Source: a virus
Lineage: Duplodnaviria; Heunggongvirae; Uroviricota; Caudoviricetes
Direction: 5' to 3' (one strand)
Virus record (IMG/VR): IMGVR_UViG_3300029305_003293
Span: 118,161 to 173,283 of that record
Length of the DNA stretch: 55,123 nt
The position numbers and the translations under genes are program-made. Under the pieces are notes generated by a model. It was not told the DNA's origin and made no database searches. It was given only the letters and a program-made list of their open reading frames with translations. This document shows positions 46,837 to 55,123 of the stretch, one piece after another; within the stretch, counting starts at the first letter, position 1; every line of letters begins with the position of its first letter.

Positions 46837-49800
46837 ATGGCTGGCGGTAATGTAAAATATACTTTTCAAGTTGATGCTAATACTTCTTAGGCTAAAAAAG
46901 CTATGGATGAATTGCGTCGAAGTATGGATAAATTATCTGAAGCGCAAGAGGGCAAAAGTTTTTTTAATGAAAACTTAAACTAGGCAGTAGCTAGCGCGAA
47001 AGAATTAAAATATCATTTAAATCAAGCTATGGACGCGAAAACCGGTTAGCTAAATTTAAATGTTTTTAATAAATCATTAAAAGATGCCGGGTAGTCTGCA
47101 ACGCAATTGATGTAGAGTCTACTATAGGGTGGAGCACAAGGACAATAGACTTTTATTGCTTTAGCTAGTGCCATTGCTCAATCAGAAGCGCCTTTAAGAA
47201 GAATGAATCAAAATCTTAAAGATTTTGGTACTACATTAAAGAATACAGTTAAATGGGAATTATCTTCTAGTATAGTTCATGGATTAGAGTCCGCTTTTTC
47301 TGGAGCAGTTTCTTATGCTAAGAATTTAAATTCTTCATTAACTGATATTAGAATTGTTACGGGTAAAAGTGTTGAAGATATGACTCGATTCGCTGAGTAG
47401 GCAAATAAAGCGGCTAAATCATTGTCAACAACAACTAAAGCATATACAGATGCTTCTTTAATTTACTTCCAACAAGGTGATAGTGAAGAAGACGTAGCTA
47501 AAAAAGCTGCAATTACTATTAAAGCTGCGAATGCTTCAGCGAAAACTTCTACCGCGGAAATGTCTGAATATTTAACTGCGGTATGGAATTCTTACCAAGT
47601 TGGGGTAGATGAATTAGAGCGTTATGTTGACATCATGGCTGCTCTTGGTGCTAAAACTGCGACTAGTTTAGAAGAAATTGCAACTTCTATGCAAAAGGTC
47701 GCTGCTACCGGTAATACAGTAGGCGTATCAATGGAGTAGGTTTCTTCTATTATTGCCACTGTATCTTCTGTTACCCGTGAATCTGCAGAATCCATTGGTA
47801 CTTCTTATAAAACTATTTTTGCTCGTATGGGAGACTTAAAGCTTGGCGCAAAAGACGAAGATGGAATAGGATTAGGTCAAGTATCTAAATCTCTTGAATC
47901 TATTGGTGTTGAAGTATTAGATGCATCTGGCGATTTAAGAGATATGGGCGATATTATTACTGATCTTGGTAATAAATGGTAGACTATGTCTAATGCTGAA
48001 AAAACTGCGATTGCATAGGTCGTCGCGGGTAAAAGACAATATACTCAATTAATGGCATTGTTTGAAAATTGGGAAATGTATCAAGATAATATGGCTATTG
48101 CTGGTGATTCAGAAGGAGCTTTACAAGATATGGCAGATATTTATGCAGAGTCTTGGGAAGCAGCTTCTGCAAGAGCTGCTGCATCCATGGAAGCTATTTA
48201 CTCCTAGCTTTTAAATGATTAGGCTATTATTAAATTTACAGATTCTTTAGCTGGTATTACTGATGCTATTTCTGGTATTATTGATTCTTTTGGCGGTTTG
48301 ACTGGCGTTTTAACTAGAGTTGGAGCAATAGCGACAGCAGTATTCTAGAAATCAATGGCTAAAGGTATTGGAAATGCTGCTAGCTCGTTGGGTGTATTTT
48401 TATCTTAGTTTCAAGGAAAAAATATTAAGCAAATTTTTGGTATGTTTAGTGGAAATCAAATTAAAAGCAAAGAGCAAATTGAATATAATAAAAATAATTA
48501 GATGTTTCGCAGTAGTTTAGATAAAATGATCCCTTAGAATCAATCTGAGGCTTTAGCTATTAATAGCGCAAAAACTTTATTAAATTTAAAAGAATAGCTT
48601 ATTGGTGCAGAATCTAGATTATCTGATACTTAGAAAGCTCGAGCTCAAAGTATGATTGGAGATTTATCTAAAGAACAAAATAAATTAATTGAAATGCAAC
48701 AAGAATATGACAAATACGAAGAGGAACAAAAAAATAAAAAACGTGATTTATCTTCTAACCTTGTCGCGGCAGCGCAATCTGATTTATCTGATATTGGCTA
48801 GGACTTAAATAGTAAAAAGATGAAAGAAGAATTAGATTTCTTCTTTTCTGATGCCGATACGGGCTTCGGGGGTTCAACAAATGTATACGCCGCACAAATT
48901 ACGGATACAAAAAGCGCCATAGAAGTATTATAGACATCAATGTCAGATATGGCGGCTTTTGATGTTTTTGAATAGAATTTAGCTACTATAAAAAATAGTG
49001 CTTCTAGTACGAGTGATAGTACTGAATAGGTTCGAGCGGCAGTAGAAGCTCTTAAAGATTCTTTAAGTGAAAATATTGATGCTAAAGCTTTAGATGGTGC
49101 TGGTACCGACATCGAAAAATTAGAATCTCGAGTAAAGAAACTAAAATAGACCACTGAAGAATTTGCAGGTGAAGATGGCCTTTGGGATGAAGCAGCGGCT
49201 AATATTCATAGTGCTTATGGAATTAAAACTGAATAGGCTTTAAATAATATTAAAAATAATGCATATGAAGAAGCTACCAAAAAAGCAAATATGAAATTTG
49301 GGTTAGCAGGACAGCAATCTATTGTTGCAAATAGTGAAAGCGCGATAAAAAAATTATTTGCAGGAAATCAAGAAACAGTAGATGCTTTTGGTAAATCTTT
49401 ATCTCAAGTAGTTGGTACGGCAATGTCAGTTGCAGATGCTTTTCAGAGCGGAGCTATGGCGGTAGAAACTTTAACAGATGAAACTGCCTCTTTAGGTAAT
49501 AAAATGATGTCTGTTGCGAGTGCTGCTTCTACTCTTGTTTCTGGCTTTATGTCTGGTGGTCCTTGGGGATTAGTATTATCTGCAGTTGGATTAATTGCTT
49601 CTGTAGTAATTCAAGGATTTGAAGAAGCTGAAGAAAAACGTAAAGAACTTTTTGATGAAACATTATCTGATGCAGAACAAAAAACAGCAGATAACTCTGC
49701 AGAGTTATCTAATGCTTAGGATTTATTAAATACTTATAATGAATTATATGCTCGTTATAAAGCGGGAGAAGATGTCTAGTCTGAATTAACAGCAAGTGCA

Positions 49801-52800
49801 ATGGCATTAGCTGAAGCATATGGTATTGCAGATGCTGCAATAGCAGCAATGTCAGGTGATTTTGCAGAATTTAATAAATAGTTAGAAGATAATTTAAAAT
49901 TTACAAAGCAATTAACAGACGCCGAAAATGCAAAAAATTTAGCAGAAGGTGCAGTTGGCCAGGCAAAAGTAGGAAAAATAAAAAATGTTAGTGATACAGA
50001 TTTAGGATTCACTCATTTTATGGATAGTCCTAATGTAGAGACTCAAGAAGCAGTAGTATCTGCGGAAGGCGCGATTTTATCTTACGCAGAGAATTTAATG
50101 TTATCTAGAAACACCGACACGTGGAAATTTTTAGATTAGGCTTTTGCTCAAGGTGCAGATGTTAATGATGAGTCTACTGGTGATTATACTTTTGGAGCAA
50201 CGACAGTTTTAAGAGATTTTATAAATTTTGCAAAAGAAGAAGGAAACAATGCTCAATTAGCTTTTGATAATTTAATGGCATCCCATGGTATCGAAGGTAT
50301 AAATATGGGAGATGAAGAAGCCATTCTTACCGCATTAGAGGAGAATGGTATATCTGTTGGAGCATTTTTAGAACACTTTTATTCTTTAGTAATTAAAAAA
50401 GGAACTGAAAATTTATCATTACTTGACAGCGGTTTTAGTATGAAAGAGATAGGTTCTTGGGGTGAAACAACTGTTGTTGATTAGTTACCAGATTTAATTA
50501 CTGATGTAAATGCTATAATTATGGAGCCTTTCCAAGAATAGGTTGAATAGGCTGCTTTTAGTTTAGAATCTATTAAAGGTGAATATAGTGATTTATGGGA
50601 TTCTGAAAGCGGTAAATTTACTTGGGATGATAATGCTTCTGCAGTCAGAAAATTAGAACTTTATGAGAGATATGTGGCTTGGGAAGAATAGTTGCGATAG
50701 AGATTAACTGAAGTTAGTGCAGATAGTCCTGAAGCAGCAATGATTCAATCTTTATTAACGGAAATTGAAAAAATTACAGGTAATGAAGAATTAACAACAT
50801 CTATTGGAGTATACAAAGATGCTACAGAAAATCTATAGAGATGGACAATTGTTTAGAATTCTTTAAAAGAATTTATTGGAAAAAATCCATTAAATACAAC
50901 ATTTTCAGATTATATTAAATTTCACGAAGACATTATAAGAACTATTGATAGTCAACCTGCTGCATATGAAGAATTAGGAGGATTAACTCCGGCAGATGGA
51001 GAAGAATATATACAAAAACGTAATTTGTTAGCTCAAAAAATGATTGCTGATTCTTCTGCTTTTGATGATTATGCTACAATGTATACTAGTATCATTAATT
51101 CTTTTGATGGAAAATCATTAGAATTAGTAACTGGATTAATTGACGCAGAACAAATGAGTTTGGATGAAATTACATCTGATTTTATTAATGTTTTAAAAAT
51201 CTTTTTTGCGAATGCGGGTTAGTTAATTGATGGATTAACAGTTCAAAATTTACAAGAAAGTGAATTAATTAATTCTGTAATGGCAAATCGTCGAGCGGTT
51301 TTAGATTTTAATGAACATTAGACTGGATATGAAAAAGCAAAAACTGCGGCTTCAACCTTATCTCAAGATATGTCTATGGAAGAAGCTCAAAATTTATATA
51401 ATAGTTTTTGGGGAAATAAAGACTTAATTGCTTTTATGCAAGAGTAGAATGATCCTTTAATTGATTTTGAATAGTTTATAGGAAAATCATATGAAGAAAG
51501 AACGGCTTATTTAGATGATGTCACTGAAAAATATTTAAACTAGGTTGAAAAAGATGCAGAAAATATTATTAGGACTCATGAGGAATCATTAACATAGTTA
51601 ACAGAATAGGCTAAATAGATTTCTTCAGTTTTTGGCTCTGAAGAGAATACGTAGAAGGGTAAATCTCTATATGAGGGTTTTATTGGAAACTTTACAGAAA
51701 CTGAAGATGGGTGGATTAGTAATTTAGATCCGTCTTAGGTGTATGCAGATAAAAACGCAGCTTTTGAAGCATATAAAATTACATAGGCAGAAGATTTTAA
51801 ACTTTTTGGAGATCTTTCTTTAGAAGATTGGGAAAACTTTTATACAATTTAGCAAAATATAGCAAAGCAAAATTCTGATTTTGAAAATGCTCAAGGCTTC
51901 CTACAATGGATGCAATTAATTGGAGATGAGTCTCTTACAACAACAGAAAAAATTCAAACTTATTCAGATGCTGTTTCTAGTCTTGCGAGCGAATATTCTA
52001 ATTTTGCAAAAACTGGAAAGTTAAGCACTAAAGCGATGTAGGATTTTGCTAAATTAGGTATTAATCCTAACAACATTAAAAATGCTACTGATTATATTGA
52101 TGCTTTAAGAATAGCGAGAGATAATGCTTAGGGATTACTTGAAGATTTAATGTATGAAGGATACAATGCTGAAGGCCCTGGTGAAGGTGTTGAAGTTGGA
52201 TCTGAAGAATACAATCAATGGTTGGAAGTTCGTAATCTTCAATTAGAAGTTATAGGATTAAATGATACTATTTTTAATGCTACAATTTCTAATGGCGAAG
52301 CACAAATTTCTGCAATGGAAGCAAGAGTGAATAAATTAAAAGAAGACGCTGAAAAGACAAAAGAAATGGCGGAAATTTTAGAATCTTCTATTGAATCTGG
52401 ATAGTTAAGTTATCAACAGCAGGCTTAGTTAAAAGCTGAAGGTTTTGATCTAACAAGCTGGAATAAAGCAACAACTGCTATGGAAAGAGCAAATATCGTC
52501 GCAAAACAATATTCACAATATGCGATTGATATTGCAAAGGCTTCTGAAGAAACTTCGACTTTTTATGAAGATGCTGCAGATAATTTGCATGGTTTTGATG
52601 ATAAAAATTTGACTTCAATAGTGGGAGATTTATCGGTTCAAGGAAATTTTGATAAAATACTTTCTGATATGGTTTAGTATGGCGATATGGCGGATGATAC
52701 TGCTGCCGCTTGGAAAAAAGCATATGAAACGATGTCGTAGCAAACAGATGGATTCGCAGGAATGTCAAATATGGAAATTATTAGTAGCGTTCGTGAAGAA

Positions 52801-55123
52801 CTTGAACGACTTGGTAAAGATGCTGGAGATGCAGGTAAAATTGCCGCAGCAAATGCTAAAGACATAATGAGCAACATGTTTAGAGATCTTGCGGATGAAA
52901 ATGCGGCTGCGGCAGATGCTGCGGTGCAAGCTTGGGAAAATGCCTTTAATAGAATCGCAGAATTAAGAAAAAAAATACTTTCTGGGGAAAATATTCAAGA
53001 TGATATTTTTGGTTAGGGTATTGATAATTTATTATAGGCATTTTTAGATTCTGGAAAATCTGATTACAGCACTTTTAGTACAGCAGTAAAAACTGGTCAG
53101 TATAAACCAGATTTACCAACTTTTGATAATATTGATTAGTTTTGGAGTAGTATTGGTCTTGGAGGTTTTATTAGTTCCGAAAGTAAAAATATAATGGATC
53201 TAGGTAAATATTATCATAATAAAGGCATAGAACAAGGTCTTAATGATGATGAATTATATGCTTATCAAGATGCTATGCTTCGTTCTGATTTATCTGCTTT
53301 ATTAGATCAATATTTAGGTTCTAATGGAACTGATGCTTCTCAAAAAGATGCTATTATTCAAAGCTTTATGAAAAATGATACAGCTTCTATGTATGCGCTT
53401 AATGGTGAAATGGTTAGTGCATCAGCTCTTATTAGTTAGGCTGCACAGTTATTAAGTTCTACTGGCGAGCAAATGTTTACTGATATGCGAGAATATGCTT
53501 AGTTAGAAGAAACTGCGGCGGAAATTGGTGCAAGATCATTATCTCGTTATATGCTTACTGGTTCAGAAGGAGAAGCTATGACTAGTGTCTCTGGAGAAAT
53601 TATGTCTTATGATTATATTTCTCAAGTTTTTGATGCGATTATGAGAAATCATGATGTAGAAACGCAATCAGATATATCTAGTACTGATACCGAATTATTA
53701 ACTGGTGCAGGTATTTCTCTTGAAAACTTAAGTAATTTAACTTAGGCAGCTTCATCTTGGGGAGCTATGATGGAGGAAATGGCTTCTAAGTCTTATGATG
53801 ATGCTTTAGCTATGGCTGGCGGCAAAGAAAAGTATGGTGTCGATGCACTTACTAATAAACATTATAATCTTGAAACGGGAACAAGTGATCCAATTGCAGA
53901 GCAGTTAGATGTCAAACTCGAAGAATTAGAGTCTGTAAGAGAAAAAATTGCTGATTCAATTGATGAAGTTGAACGTAGCGATTTTGAAGATTATAATATC
54001 GATACAGAAGCTTGGGAAGAACTTTCAGATACTATTCAAGAGACCGCTAAAGAATCTGAAGAATTGGCAGATAGTCTTGCCAATGATGCAGAAGCTGCGG
54101 ATGAAGTGGCCAAAGATATATTGAGATATGAAAAAGCTGTGGATGCCATAAAAGATAAATATAAAGAATGGAATAAAGTATTAGAAAAGGGAGATTTAGC
54201 AGATTAGGCTGATATCGTTAAAGAATTAGATGATGCTTATTCTGATATGCTTGATTTGGATTACGGCATTTTATCTGATGAATTTTTAAAGAGTACAAAA
54301 AATCTGAACGACATGAAAGAAGCTGCTGAAGGTAACGAAAAAGCTTATGATCGTTTACAATAGGCTGCGAAAGAAGATATTGCTATGCAGGCAGGCTTAG
54401 ATTTAGCTGGCTTTGAAAGTGATTTCCAAAGTTTAATGGATATGTATTATCAAGGTCAAAATTTAGCTGATATGGAAGTTGGTGCTTCTCTTAATAACGA
54501 AGGATTTTTACAAGGTTTGAGTGATATGGTTAATGCAGCTGGCTTGACTGCAGCGCAAGCAACAAGCCTATTATCTTCTATGGGTGTAGATGCTGAAGTA
54601 ATTGAGACTCCTGTTGAAGCTGAAGATATAGCAGCAACAAGTTTAACTGCTACCCCTGGAACTGTATCACAAAACTATACTGTTCCTGCCGCGGCAGGCG
54701 GAACTGCGCAACAAACTTTAACCGCAACCTTTCCGACTGTTACATATTCAGCAGAACCAATTCCTTCTCCTATAAAAAAGACTGCTATGGCTTTGAAAGT
54801 AACTTCTGCCAATAAATCTTCTGGTGGTGGCTTTAAGCATTCTAAAGGTGGCGGCGGAGGTGGCTCCGGTGGCGGTGGCGGCGGAGGTGGCAAAAAGAAA
54901 CAAAAAAAAGATAAAATCCGCCCACAAGATGAAATTCAGCGTTATCATAAGAATGAATCAACTTTAACTTAGTTGGGAAAAGAATTAGATAAATTAGAAA
55001 AAGCTAAAAATAGGGCTTATGGTGCTAAATATACTGATTTAATAGATCAAGAAACTGCGGCGCTGAAAAAAGAAATTGAAGCTTAGCGTGAATTGCAAAA
55101 GGAAGCAAAAGGATATATTAATT
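46837..55123 (+). CDS. Tail tape measure protein (partial, >2,760 aa); many TAG
   Basis: All long track ORFs from 47203 to 54385 share one frame. TP901-type core (LTDIRIVTGKS..YFQQG..ESIGTSYKTIFARM); poly-Gly linker at about 54830-54890; open at the window end. Confidence 0.9.

Noticed and set aside
31068-55123. Late genes as pseudogenes or a decayed prophage
   Set aside because: Every interruption checked is TAG, with no frameshifts and no internal TAA/TGA; this fits recoding, not decay.

Overview
Segment of a large tailed-phage genome, probably infecting a Firmicute (GGAGG ribosome-binding sites, consensus sigma-A promoters, SPbeta-like head genes). TAG is read as a sense codon, almost certainly Gln (code 15). 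1-4.8 kb: minus-strand tRNA/ncRNA array with 11 ordinary tRNAs, one degenerate tRNA, two interrupted tRNAs, a ROOL-like large ncRNA and tRNA-like repeats. One interrupted tRNA is tRNA-Lys(UUU), split by a 471-nt insertion encoding a PD-(D/E)XK homing-type endonuclease with no room for a group I ribozyme. 4.8-17.8 kb: mostly minus-strand accessory and metabolic genes (M28 peptidase, U32-like protein, formate/nitrite channel, FolD), plus a plus-strand TAG-containing Rep-like gene beside a candidate origin. 17.8-29.5 kb: a GC-richer block of small, largely monocistronic genes with strong promoters, duplicated modules, repeated hairpin spacers and an independently transcribed structured RNA. 31-55 kb: plus-strand late operon (regulator, terminase, portal, prohead protein, capsid, neck/tail genes, tape measure >2,760 aa running off the window), which only reads through if TAG is sense. 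No CUA suppressor tRNA and no CRISPR array were seen. All family assignments come from motif recognition and recall, not database searches.
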